A stretch of 63,376 nt of DNA, counting the filler, from Saprolegnia diclina VS20 (lineage: Eukaryota), in NCBI RefSeq assembly GCF_000281045.1. It is 11 parts of 2 records of this genome, joined end to end, with 100 filler letters (N's around TTAATTAATTAA, not from the genome) between each part and the next. Parts side by side here need not be neighbours in the genome. Positions count along the whole stretch, not along the records: positions 33,736 to 38,250 come from NW_008246080.1; positions 38,351 to 40,891 come from NW_008246080.1; positions 40,992 to 43,853 come from NW_008246080.1; positions 43,954 to 45,097 come from NW_008246080.1; positions 45,198 to 46,201 come from NW_008246080.1; positions 46,302 to 53,976 come from NW_008246080.1; 5 more parts are not named here. The stretch is one strand, 5' to 3'. Below, piece by piece: positions 37,107 to 48,399 of the stretch. Positions within the stretch are counted from its first letter, which is position 1. Every line of letters starts with the position of its first letter. Under the pieces are notes generated by a model. That model saw only the letters and a program-made list of their open reading frames with translations. It searched no databases and was not told the DNA's origin. Both the position numbers and the translations under genes were made by a program.

Positions 37107-38028
37107 TCATCGTTGCGGCCACTCGATTCCGAGATCGTCGAGCATATCTTGCACCTCTGACTTCTCCGTGTTCGAGAGTCCTTCCGTGTCGAGGGGGTTG
37201 GCCGTGCGAAGAAGTCGGATTACGCGACGAAACAGGTCGGGGTTCAAGTCCAAAAAGTACTCGCCTATCATCGCAGACAACTTGTCCCCACGACGCGTAC
37301 AAAGGCTGATGTCGTACCATCGCTGTTGGGCGGCGACGACAAGAGATTCTCAAAGTAGGTGCCCCACATGAGAAGCGTATCGTCTGCAGTCATGAAGCGG
37401 GTGCCGCCGACGTTGAGCGTCACGATGTTGCTTGTTGCCACCGCGCGGCGCTTGGGCGCGGGCTCGTCGCGGCGGCTGCGATCGTTTTCGCGTTGCGCGT
37501 CAGCTTTGATCTCAGTGAGCAGTTGGACTTGGGCGTCGATACGTGCCTCCTGGAGACACAGCGTGCTCTCCTTGACAGTGACGTCGGCTACGATCGAGTC
37601 CATCTCGGTCGCCATGTCCCGTAGCGTCGCGTCAAGCTCAGACGTGCCCAGGAGTGCTGCGAGACTGGCACGCAGCGCTGACGACCGTGCCACCAAGCTC
37701 GACTGTCGACTGGGGGGCTCGTAGGCAGCCCACGTTCGCGGACGACACCACTGTTGGCGACAGTACCACGTTCGCTGACAATACCGCTTGCCTCTGGCGC
37801 TGCCATGCTGTGGTCGTTGGGCGAGGAGCGGCGGTCGTAGGCCATGCAACCGCCGAGGTGCGACGTGAGCCGCGTCGTCGAGTACGTGACCGACGCGCCG
37901 CAGTGCTTGCAGAGCGCTCGCGCTGTGGGTCGTGGCTTGGACTCATCGTGCGCCGGCGTGAACGGCTCTTCAAAGTGGGCCTTGAGCGCGCTGACCTCGA
38001 CGCCTGTGCGTCTGCGCCGCAGTGCCAT
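37107..38028 (-). pseudogene. BED zinc finger-coiled-coil-BTB fusion (copy F) lacking SPRY; 1-nt frameshift near 37700; intron 37265-37317
   Basis: AHF...ALCKHC....YSTTRLTSHLGGC fits a BED finger. Downstream are IVTLNVGGTRFMT and GEYFLDLNPDLFRRVIRLLRT, ending EWPQR*. Confidence 0.65.
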
Positions 38029-38069
38029 TCCAATCTGGTTTATCCGGATACCGGAATCTGACGCATTCT

Positions 38070-38250
38070 AAGACGATCTTCACTTTGCACATTGCGTACG
38101 GCACAGTGAGGTTGTATTACAATGTAACTCTGGCTAGCAACAGCAATACGAATGCCATAGTCTTTTTCATGTACTGCAATCGGTCGCAGGAGAGACCTGG
38201 GCATTCGAAAGGTGTTCCCATCGTATCAGAACACGTCTCTCCCTCCATGC
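38070..38250 (+). repeat. Direct duplicate of intergenic 33082-33261. Likewise 33289-33450 resembles 34038-34190
   Basis: Near-identical sequence seen directly. Confidence 0.8.
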
Positions 38251-38350
38251 NNNNNNNNNNNNNNNNNNNNNNNNNNNNNNNNNNNNNNNNNNNNTTAATT
38301 AATTAANNNNNNNNNNNNNNNNNNNNNNNNNNNNNNNNNNNNNNNNNNNN

Positions 38351-38804
38351 CCACTGCAGCGCCAACGACCTCGCGTCCAAGCTCAACGACCCACAGCAGA
38401 TGCACATCTTTGACGAGATGACCGACAACTGCCGCATCATCGAGGCGCTCAACCCGGCCGAGACCAAGACGATCCGGTATGTGCAGGCCAAGCCGGTGTT
38501 TCCGACGACGGCGCGCGACTTTCTTGTTGTGACGAGCGAGCAGCGTCTCGACGACGGGTCCATCGTCATTGGCACCAAGAGCGTCGAGCACGACAGCGTG
38601 CCGGTCGACAAGCATTTTGTGCGCGCGCACACGCACGTGTCGGGGTACATTGTTCGTCCGATGACGCCGACGTCGTGCTCGGTGACGCTGATCGTGCACA
38701 TGGACCTCGGCGGCTACATGCCGGCGTACGTGATCAACCTCTTGTCGGTGGCGTCGCCGATCCAGTTGCTGAAGCGGTTCCGCGTTCTGTACGGTCGGTC
38801 GTAA
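38351..38804 (+). CDS. START (lipid-binding) domain protein, 3' part
   Basis: YVQAKPVFPTTARDF...VRAHTHVSGYIVRP...VTLIVHMDLGGYMPAYVIN is typical of START domains. It overlaps the 5' part at 40742-40766. Confidence 0.85.
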
Positions 38805-38922
38805 ACCCTCCGCTGTCGATTTTTAAGTTATACAATATTGCTATCTATCAATATATCGATCCCGTTGAGAAATTGGGGTCGAATAGAAATCATTCAATTT
38901 TGCAGCGATTTGCTCGTCCCGG

Positions 38923-39771
38923 TCACAAGAGCACCGCGTCGTCGTCATCACCTCGCAGAGGCCGGTGGATTGTGACGTCTGGAAAGATGGCGCGGAGGCT
39001 CATCACCGCCTGTCCGACGTCGCCGCGACACCACGTGCACTGCCAATGGTGCACAGCATGCGTCTTGGTTGTGTGGAGACCCTTGGGGTGGTCGCGCAAC
39101 CAGTTGCAGGCTTTTCGCCCGAGCGGATCGAGACGATCGCGGCAAAGTTGCAGCAACCGACCGAGGTTCCAGTACGCAATCTCAGGGTAAAAGTACTCTT
39201 CGGGAAAGACGGTGACACGCGCACCAGCTCGGTGCGCATCAAAGTTATGGAACACGGCTTCGACGAGGCGCGGGCCCGTGAGCGAGACAGGGTCTTGCTT
39301 GGCGCCACCGGCTTGAAACTTGACCAAGATCGCATCGAGCACCTCAAGCCAGAAAGGGTGGCCGCGACGGGACGCCAGCACGGCGTTGCAGAGGATCGCG
39401 TCGTCGGCGCGCTCGAGGAGCACAGCGTGCACGAACGGCTCGGTGCTCAAGAAGAGATCTTCGTTGATCAAGTCGTCGAGCGGCAACGTGCTCTCAAAGT
39501 CGCAGTCGACGTACACGCCGCCAAAGCGATGCAAAAGGGCATACCGTGCCATGTCAGCGAGGTGGATCTTGCCTACGGACGAGGCTGCGGCATAATACTG
39601 CGGGTAGTGTCTGGCAAAGAGCGCGAGGTTGGCGTCATCATCCCAAAAGACGTATCTCCATGTGGGGTGGTGCTGCACCCACGAACGCATCCAAGGCACA
39701 AAGACCTCGGGAATGTCATCCGCTGACTTCCATGACTGATGCAAGAGGCGCGGAATCACCGACTGTGACGC
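38923..39771 (-). CDS. Glycosyltransferase family 32 (SUR1/OCH1-like) catalytic region
   Basis: IPRLLHQSWK, WRYVFWDD, ADMARYALLHRFGGVYVDCD (DxD), GHPFW, TGP. Confidence 0.9.
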   Translation of the reverse strand, partial: ASQSVIPRLLHQSWKSADDIPEVFVPWMRSWVQHHPTWRYVFWDDDANLALFARHYPQYYAAASSVGKIHLADMARYALLHRFGGVYVDCDFESTLPLDDLINEDLFLSTEPFVHAVLLERADDAILCNAVLASRRGHPFWLEVLDAILVKFQAGGAKQDPVSLTGPRLVEAVFHNFDAHRAGARVTVFPEEYFYPEIAYWNLGRLLQLCRDRLDPLGRKACNWLRDHPKGLHTTKTHAVHHWQCTWCRGDVGQAVMSLRAIFPDVTIHRPLRGDDDDAVLL

Positions 39772-40515
39772 NNNNNNNNNNNNNNNNNNNNNNNNNNNNN
39801 NNNNNNNNNNNNNNNNNNNNNNNNNNNNNNNNNNNNNNNNNNNNNNNNNNNNNNNNNNNNNNNNNNNNNNNAGCATGTCAGATGTGGTGTGGAGCTTGTC
39901 CGGGCGATGGACGATTGAGAAATGAGCGCTGAAAAGGCTTCTGCGACGCTGGACTGAGGTGGATCACGCAGGCCGTGAACGTCAATGTCGAATTAGATTC
40001 ATCTTCAAAGAAGTGTCTTCTCACTCACACGCCCGAGAAATACCTTGGTGTTTGTATGGATGGCGCAACTGCGACATGACCGTAAACAGCTCCGTTTTGT
40101 ATTTCGATGACGTGGCACAGCCTGCGCCTGTTTATCGCACACAAAAAGTTGATGCACGCATTCTTCAGCAGAGTGCGGTTCTTTATGGTACATTTTGCAA
40201 CGACATGAGTGAGGTACTACAGGCAGGACCCTTTCAGAAGCAAGGGATCAAGCGCTTTGGCTTCATCGGAAGCACATACCGTCGATCGACGCGGTGCTAT
40301 GCACCCCACGATTGCCGACGTCACTGGCTCTCATGTGGGAAATTCATTTCACACGTATCGCAATATCCCACCGCCGGTTCACGCAACACCCAACACACCG
40401 TAAACGACATCGGACCGAAGATCGCGCGGGAATTCGCCTCGAGCGTCGCAGAAGCCTTTTCAGCGCTCATTTCTCAATCGTCCATCGCCCGGACAAGCTC
40501 CACACCACATCTGAC

Positions 40516-40766
40516 ATGCTTCACATCCAGACTGTCGCGCCGCGCTACTCGGCCTCGAACAAGTCCCAGACCAACCACTACCTCGACCTCGCCGACCAAA
40601 GCATCTTTGACATCCTTGCCAAAGACGACGGCTCCGACAAGACCACCACCTGGACCCACGTCAAGGTCACCGACGGCGTCTCTGTCGACCGCGGTGTCAA
40701 CGCCCACTCGCCCTGGAACGCCATCAAGGCCACGACCACGGTCCACTGCAGCGCCAACGACCTCGC
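40516..40766 (+). CDS. START-domain protein, 5' part. Joined chimerically to a GT32 duplicate at 40772-40891; the 5' end is repeated at 42996-43090
   Basis: Ends in CCACTGCAGCGCCAACGACCTCGC, the same sequence that begins the contig at 38351. Confidence 0.7.
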
Positions 40767-40991
40767 CGAGGGTATCTCCATGTGGGGTGGTGCTGTACCC
40801 ACGAACGCATCCAAGGCACAAAGACCTCGGGAATGTCATCCGCTGACTTCCATGACTGATGCAAGAGGCGCGGAATCACCGACTGTGACGCNNNNNNNNN
40901 NNNNNNNNNNNNNNNNNNNNNNNNNNNNNNNNNNNTTAATTAATTAANNNNNNNNNNNNNNNNNNNNNNNNNNNNNNNNNNNNNNNNNNNN

Positions 40992-41228
40992 CTCGACATT
41001 GCGCGTCGACGGGCTGCGCAAAGCCACTTGCTCGTACACCGCTGCTGGCTCGCGTGTCCACTTGGAGCTAGTCGAGAGGGCAGCGTGGTGCTGTCGCATG
41101 GACGGTAGGTGCAAAGCCAGCGTAAGACACCCGACGAGCCCCATGGCGATGAGCACATACAAGCCTGCGTAGGGCATGCATCGGCGCCGGCGGCTGAGCG
41201 ACTTGACGGTCCCAAGGTCGTCGCTCAT
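40992..41228 (-). CDS. Probable N-terminal (type II TM) part of the GT32 gene
   Basis: RRRR followed by hydrophobic GLYVLIAMGLVGCLTLAL. Same strand as, and upstream of, the GT32 fragments across a gap. Confidence 0.55.
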
Positions 41229-41348
41229 GTGGGTATTCGCGTAGGTTTCACGCCACGTTTTTGACTTTGCCGTATGTGGATTGGTCGGAACGACGCCTTT
41301 CTACTGACTTTTGACCAATGAAATGTGCCCATTGACGACAATCCAACA

Positions 41349-42236
41349 ATGGCGACGCCGCCAGCAGGCAAGACGAGCAAGGCGCGATGGGCGCTCCTGC
41401 GCCGCGCGATCGTGACGGCGTCGACGCCAGCGCCAGCGTCGTCCGCCATGTCTATCTTCCAGTTCCATGACCCGGCGGTGCCCCGGCCAACGGTCTACGC
41501 CGGTGCGACGCCGGACGTTGGCTACGACTGGGTCGAGTATACGCTTCCGAGTGGTGGCGCCTCGATCCTCTTGCACCAGCGCCGCGAGACCGCCCACGTC
41601 TCACTGCACGAGCTTGCCATCCGCGATGTCGACAACACGGGCAACATCCGCACGTGGCCGAGCGAAGACATTGCCCTGCGGTATCTGCTCCGAACGCTGC
41701 CATCGCGGACAGGTGGGCCCGCGCGAGTGCTCGAGCTCGGCGCCGGCATGTGTGGCGTCGCCGGGTTTGCCTTGGCGGCTGCGTGTGCCAGCGACGTCGT
41801 CGCGTCTGTCACCATCACGGACGGCAACCAAATGTGTGTCGAAAACCTCACGCGGATCGCGTCCATGAATCGCTCTCGGCTCGGACGCCCGGTCGAAACG
41901 GCGCTGTTGCAGTGGAGCCGGCATCTATCGCCGCCGTCGTCGCCTCTCTTTGACGTCATTGTTGCAAGCGACTGTGTGTTTTTCGAAGCCTACCACGACG
42001 ACCTGCTCCACACGCTTCGGACGCTTCTCGCTGTTGACGGCGTCGCCACCTTTGTGCAGCCGACGCGCGGCGGGTCCCTCGATCGGTTCCTCGCCAAGGC
42101 CACCGCGCTCTTTACAGTCGAGGTGCAAACATCGGGGTTTGACGCGATCGTCGACGCGACGCGTGCGGCCGCCGATGCGCGGTTGGACCCGGACATTCAC
42201 CTCCCCGTGCTCGTGACCTTGCGTCACCGCCGTTAG
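41349..42236 (+). CDS. CAMKMT: Calmodulin-lysine N-methyltransferase-like (methyltransferase family 16)
   Basis: ARWALLRRAI, DNTGNIRTWPSE, VLELGAGM, TDGN, DVIVASDCVFF. Confidence 0.85.
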   Translation: MATPPAGKTSKARWALLRRAIVTASTPAPASSAMSIFQFHDPAVPRPTVYAGATPDVGYDWVEYTLPSGGASILLHQRRETAHVSLHELAIRDVDNTGNIRTWPSEDIALRYLLRTLPSRTGGPARVLELGAGMCGVAGFALAAACASDVVASVTITDGNQMCVENLTRIASMNRSRLGRPVETALLQWSRHLSPPSSPLFDVIVASDCVFFEAYHDDLLHTLRTLLAVDGVATFVQPTRGGSLDRFLAKATALFTVEVQTSGFDAIVDATRAAADARLDPDIHLPVLVTLRHRR

Positions 42237-43190
42237 AGTAGCCCTAGAAACCGAGTCGTCCAACGACATGTATATAACGCGATGGATGAGAATGCGCTAT
42301 ACAACACTATTACGCAAGGCGCAGGCTAGCGTTAACGTCGCCAACGGAGACAGTCCCGTTGACGCGATACCTCGCGGCTCGTTGCTGTTGTCGTCCGAGT
42401 GATTTGACACGGTTGACGCAGCATTGGATGGGACGTAGACCATCTTTTGACATCATCATCCGACTTGCCATCCTGAAGCAAGTGGGTCCCTTGTCGAGGT
42501 GCGCAGACCAGCCTCCGACGGCTGCCTCCGACCCTCATGGACGTCGACGTAGACATCCACGGAAGACCTTCCTCAACAATTTGGTAGCTGCCTGAGATGA
42601 ATGAGCACCTTCAACGAAGCTCGCCGTCGTCTTCTCTGTCTACGAACGGCGAAGAAGAGAAAGGGATGGGGTCACAACATCGCATGACGGGATCCAGCAC
42701 TGGCTGCCGCAATCTTGTGACAAGGACCGTCATTCCCATTCAGGTTCTCCATTCTGTCTTCAGCGGATCAATTTTTTTCCTTTTCGTCTCATTTACGCAC
42801 CTTTTGATATACCACAGAGAGTATACTGGGACATGTTCCGCGTGTCGCACATGACGTGGCGACGAAGACCATCGCAGCACCAACGTAATCTCTGTGCGAT
42901 GAGCACCGAGGCCAGCGCAATCATCAAGGCGCTCCGGAAGCCACTGCCCACGACACCATTCTTCCTTTTGACTCGAGCACCACACCACATCTGACATGCT
43001 CCACATCCAGACTGTCGCGCCGCGCTACTCGGCCTCGAACAAGTCCCAGACCAACCACTACCTCGACCTCGCCGACCAAAGCATCTTTGANNNNNNNNNN
43101 NNNNNNNNNNNNNNNNNNNNNNNNNNNNNNNNNNNNNNNNNNNNNNNNNNNNNNNNNNNNNNNNNNNNNNNNNNNNNNNNNNNNNNNNNN

Positions 43191-43853
43191 TTACACAAGC
43201 GGGTCATTTCAAGTGCATCATGTGGCGTTTTAACCAAACCGCTTCAAATGTACCTCTGGCATGTGCGGTACAGAAGACAAGTTGAGCAGCACATGCCGGC
43301 GTACGTGATCAACCTCTTGTCGGTGGCGTCGCCGATCCAGTTGCTGAAGCGGTTCCGCGTTCTGTACGGTCGGTCGTAAACGGCATCTTTTTTATTAATT
43401 TATTGATTTCATTCATTTGATATTGTCATGTGATCTGTGGACAGCTTACACAAGCGGGTCATTTCAAGTGCATCATGTGGCGTTTTAACCAAACCGCTTC
43501 AAATGTACCTCTGGCGTACGTGATCAACCTCTTGTCGGTGGCGTCGCCGATCCAGTTGCTGAAGCGGTTCCGCGTTCTGTACGGTCGGTCGTAAACACCA
43601 TCTTTTTTATTAATTTATTGATTTATTCATTTGATGCAAGTATTGTGATCTGTGGACAGCTTACACAAGCGGGTCATTCATTTCAAGTGCATCGTGTGGC
43701 GGTTTAACCAAACCGCTTCAAATGTACCTCTGGCATGTGCGGTACAGAAGACAAGTTGGACAAGCATTTTGTGCGCGCGCACACGCACGTGTCGGGGTAC
43801 ATTGTTCGTCCGATGACGCCGACGTCGTGCTCGGTGACGCTGATCGTGCACAT
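43191..43853 (+). repeat. Scrambled tandem copies of the START gene 3' end and downstream sequence
   Basis: TTACACAAGCGGGTCATT...TACCTCTGGC occurs three times, interleaved with START coding fragments. Confidence 0.8.
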
Positions 43854-43953
43854 NNNNNNNNNNNNNNNNNNNNNNNNNNNNNNNNNNNNNNNNNNNNTTA
43901 ATTAATTAANNNNNNNNNNNNNNNNNNNNNNNNNNNNNNNNNNNNNNNNNNNN

Positions 43954-44085
43954 ATCGTGCTCAACGGCTCGCTGTCACAGCGTGTGTAGAGCGCGACGTC
44001 GGCAAGCGTGTTCGGGTGGAAGATCCCGAGCAGCCGACGCAGCTGCCGGCGATGGAAGCTGTCAAGGCCCGCGAGGCTGGTTGGC
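43954..44085 (-). mobile_element. Non-LTR retrotransposon relic (post-RT region, RTE-like)
   Basis: LDSFHRRQLRRLLGIFHPNTLADVALY resembles the L..FH.R.LRRILGI.W...I.N..LY motif found after the RT domain of RTE-like LINEs. Confidence 0.6.
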
Positions 44086-44386
44086 GTCGATAGTGTCAAC
44101 ATCTCGCTGTGTAGTATTCGAACCCGAACCCACTACCAGTAGAATGCGTCGATGAGACCTCGAAGGGCGAAATTTGAATGCTTGGACCACATGTCACTGC
44201 AGGCTAACTACCACTAACGTTAGCCTAGTACTCACATAATACTAGTAACATGAGACAACATGTACTAGTAGAAAAAACAAAATGCCCCACAGCCAAACAC
44301 TGTTTGAAACGACTGTTTAAAACATCGAAAGAAACACACGCGTCGAACGAGATTTCTCTCAAACTCAATAATCTCCCATATTGCCG

Positions 44387-45097
44387 ATGACGACGATGAC
44401 GGCGAAGGAGGTACCGTGCAATGATCGAGCAATCGTATATCGTACTATTAGGAAGCGCTATATGACGCTGCAAACAAAGGCGACTTGGCCCGCGTCACGT
44501 CGCTCCTCGACGAGGGCGTTGACGTCAGCTGCAAAGGCCCTGTCGTATAAACTTGGTTTCGCATTGTGGTGTCGCTGATCTACACTGCGTAGTGGGGTTG
44601 GACGCCTTTATACAGAGCTGCTTATGGCGGTCATTCGAACATCGTTCGCCTTTTGCTCGAGCGTGGCGCCGACATCAACGCGCGTGACAAGGTGACCTTG
44701 TGTTTCGTGAGGCCTGCCTATGGAATTGCGGCTGTAGGATGGTGAGACGCCGTTGCACCGAGCTGCGTATTGGGGTCGTTTGGGCACCGTTCGCCTCTTG
44801 CTCGGCCATGGCGCCGACGTGGACGCGCATGCTGCGGTATCATGTACTGACCGGAAGGAGTGGAATGCACTTTGGTAGGAAGGGAAAACTGCACTCATGG
44901 TGGCCCAAGAACAGCAAAAGCAAGATATTGTGGAGCTTTTGACCGATTACTCTCACCAGAAAGACGATGCCAGGGTACTCCAGCCACCCTCGACGCGTGG
45001 CACGGAGCTCAGTCACCAATGTCCAATGTAGCTGCTGTGGGACGCTGTCCGTGACAACACGTCGGCAACCATCGAGCGACTCGTTGCCAGAAGCTTC
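44387..45097 (+). CDS. Ankyrin-repeat protein, multi-exon; 3' end uncertain near a gap
   Basis: Exons give [83 protein letters not shown] and GKTALMVA. Confidence 0.85.
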
Positions 45098-46334
45098 NNN
45101 NNNNNNNNNNNNNNNNNNNNNNNNNNNNNNNNNNNNNNNNNTTAATTAATTAANNNNNNNNNNNNNNNNNNNNNNNNNNNNNNNNNNNNNNNNNNNNTGC
45201 CGGTCACGGTCACGACGAAGGCGCAAGCGACGACACCGCCTAGTCTCGGTGGCAGCTCAGGCAAGGTCCATTAGTGGAAGCGCCGCCGGCGTCGTCCGCA
45301 ACGACCCAGCGAGACACTGCTTGACGTTATGCAAGTTCCGGCTGATGACGCCTGCGGCGAAGATCCGACACGGCGCTGTACGGTGAAGACTATGACGGCG
45401 ACTCGGTCCACGCCGCCTACGCGCGTCTTCCCGATTGCCGGCAAGCGGATGCTATAGCTGCGGCAGCGGCGCGACACGACTTGATATCGCCCGGGGGCAG
45501 TCAAGACGACGGGTGGCATGACATCCGCAACATCGGCAACGTCTCTGCCAACCACGGCGCGGTCGCTGCGGCTCGTCAAGCTACAACGAAGATGACACCG
45601 ACGCGGCACAGCACCTCACAGCGACGATTCTGGTGGCAGTCGGCCCGACACCGCTTATTATGGCGGCGGCTCGGCTCACGGTTGCTTCACTACTGCAACG
45701 GTGGCGCCGTCCAACACAACGCGAAGCGACTTGACAACGATTACGACGACGGCCAGATCAACGCTACCTCATCTCGGCGGGGGGGGGCAGGTCTATGGTC
45801 GGTTCGATACGATAGCGCGTTCAGAGCTTCGACGCAACAGCTCGGCGACGATTCAGCAACATCAAGAATGATACCAGTTACTCGCGACCGTGGCTTGGAC
45901 TACGACTGCTCTGTCGCGATGAATGCAACGCCGACGGCACACCACAATACCACACTGCTAGCGGCATCCAGCGCTAGAAGAACGTCGGCTCGAAATTGCG
46001 ACGTCGGCTCATACGGTGCCGCGCGGGCAGGACCTTGCAGATGGTTTGAGTCGTTCAAGAGCACCAGCAACTAGGTGACGGTCCGTCAACACCAATCGAC
46101 CTCGAAGGCTTTGACTCGGCAATGGCCGACGCTGACTCAGCACGCACGGCGCGGTCTCGGTTGCACGGCGGCGACGGCTGGGTCGTTACGGCCTACTCGC
46201 GNNNNNNNNNNNNNNNNNNNNNNNNNNNNNNNNNNNNNNNNNNNNTTAATTAATTAANNNNNNNNNNNNNNNNNNNNNNNNNNNNNNNNNNNNNNNNNNN
46301 NTTAATTGAATAACGACTTTTTTGCGCGAAGCGC

Positions 46335-46870
46335 GGCACGAGCGCAGCGAGGGCACCCGGCGGTAGCCGGGCCCGTGCGATAGCACGGTAGGGCAAAATG
46401 AAGTCTTAACAAGGTGTTCCGGCGTGCGTAGCGCGTCCGGAAGGGTCGGGAAGGGTCGGGAAGTGTCGAATTCGGTTAAGTACGAGTGGCAGGTCAATGT
46501 CGTGATTTTTGACTTGGTGTTTGTAACAACGTTACAAAGTGCGGTAGCGTACTGAACTGAGTCGCGCGCAGCGCGCCACGAGCGAAGCGAGTCGACCCGG
46601 CGTATCCGGGTCCTGCGCGTTAGCGCAAACCACGAGCGTAGCGAGTGCACCCGGCGATAGCCGAGGTCCGCGCGGTAGCGCGGTAGAGATACATGCCATG
46701 CGCGAGCGTAGCGATTGCATGTGCCATCGATGCGCGCAGCGCTAACCCCGAGAGTAGCGTGGGCACTTGCGATAGTGCACGGCAGTGTGGTAGGATACTG
46801 CGCGCGATAGCGCAATGTACGAGCGTAGCGAGTGCATTTGGTATCGTTGGGGCCTGCGCGAAAGCGCGTG
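46335..46870. repeat. Degenerate array of about six 50-60-bp units with core CGAGCG(T)AGCGAGTGCA and internal hairpins
   Basis: Units start near 46337, 46577, 46631, 46701, 46746 and 46818. Confidence 0.7.
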
Positions 46871-47830
46871 ACCTCAATACGACGCATGGTGTTAGATCAA
46901 TGAGTTTGTTCGCGATGTTAGAATCGTATCTGGATGTTACGGTTGCCTTGCAGGTTTCTATCGCAATCCGCGCGTCAAGCACAGAATAGGAGACTCGGCC
47001 ATGGAGAGGCCGAGCGTGTCGGGGCGCAGCGCGTGCGGTAGTCGCAGCAGCGCCATGCTGCGAGCGCAGCGGCAGTAGCGACTGCGTTCGATGTGACCAA
47101 GGACCTAAAGCGGAAAATCGACGCGGGGCAGAGGCGACGGCAGCGAACCAAGGCGTCGACCGTGACCGCCACTGCGCCTCCAGGCGAAGCGCGCGCGTCG
47201 AGCGGCCGCGCCCGTCACAGTAGAATCGCTGGGCCTGCAAATCCGAGAAGCGATTCTTTCAACCACCTCATGAACGTTATACATCCTGCAATGTTGATCA
47301 AGCTGCTGTGGCCTCCATGCATGAAGCGTCTGCTATGCAGTATTGGACCCGAGTGCCGAAACGATGCGAAGGTTGAAGCGGCTAAGAAAGAGCCCTTCCT
47401 GGCGACGGCTTTAACAATAACAATCCACATCTAAGCGAGATTGGGACGATGCACCAACATCACCGCACAATGGAAAATGAATTTGACGTTGATACCACTG
47501 GAGCCCTACAAAGAATCCACCAGGTGCACCGTAGCACAGCGGAGGTTGCACCGCAGTGTCGTTTCCGGGTGACGGCCGGTAGCGGCCCGCCTGGCACCGC
47601 AACGAAGCGGAGGTCGCATCCGTCGCACACGTCCGTCACACATTCGCCATGTGAATGCATGTTTGCAGTAGGAAGGGTGCGTTGGACGTGCATGGTACAA
47701 GAGCCCGTGAGGGTGGAAGGCATTCACACTGTCCAAGCTACGACACAGACATACCGCTAGGTTGCACGCGGCCCCAAAACCAAATTGGAATCAAAAAGCT
47801 CGATGGCACTCTGTTCAAACCTTCTACAGT

Positions 47831-47875
47831 GCAGTGGTTTGATTCGTGTAGAATCTACACGAATCAAACCACTGC
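47831..47875. repeat. Perfect inverted repeat with 22-bp arms and a 1-nt spacer
   Basis: GCAGTGGTTTGATTCGTGTAGA-A-TCTACACGAATCAAACCACTGC. Confidence 0.95.
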
Positions 47876-48399
47876 GCAGAAAAACCGCTGGATGGCCCAC
47901 CGGCACTATGCCCCACCTCAACCAGAAAGACCAACCACACCCTGCCCCAAGAAAACCCGAGGTTTGGGGCAGGTACGTTGAAACTCAATGCACATGACCC
48001 CGTCCACCGACGAGTCCAAACTACGTCACACGTAGTACACGATCCCTCCGCTAGATTGCACGCTACCCCAATGCAAAACCTCAACCAAAGAGCTCGACCA
48101 AAACCTGCCCTAAGAAAACACGAGGTTATATGAACGTGTTTCGCGTTATCTTCATAGTTACACAAAGACTTCGCATACGTAGAGACTAGCAATCTCCTTC
48201 TTCTTCATTCGCTCGACACGAGGTTAACCCTAGTATTTTTGTTAAGGAAAAACCACTTTTTCGTTAAGAAGTGACGCCTTTTGGATCCAAAGTGATTATT
48301 TTGACTGTGCTTATATTTTGTTAAGTACGGTATTTGCCATTTGCACACAAATTCTTAAAGAATGAGATGACCAGTGAATCGACGCACGTACTGAAGCTT

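Noticed and set aside
40294..40947. Apparent START-GT32 chimeric ORF
   Set aside because: The junction joins near-exact duplicates of sequence found elsewhere, on opposite coding strands, next to a gap; most likely misassembly.
46335..46870. CRISPR-like array
   Set aside because: Eukaryotic context, degenerate repeats, irregular spacing and no cas genes.
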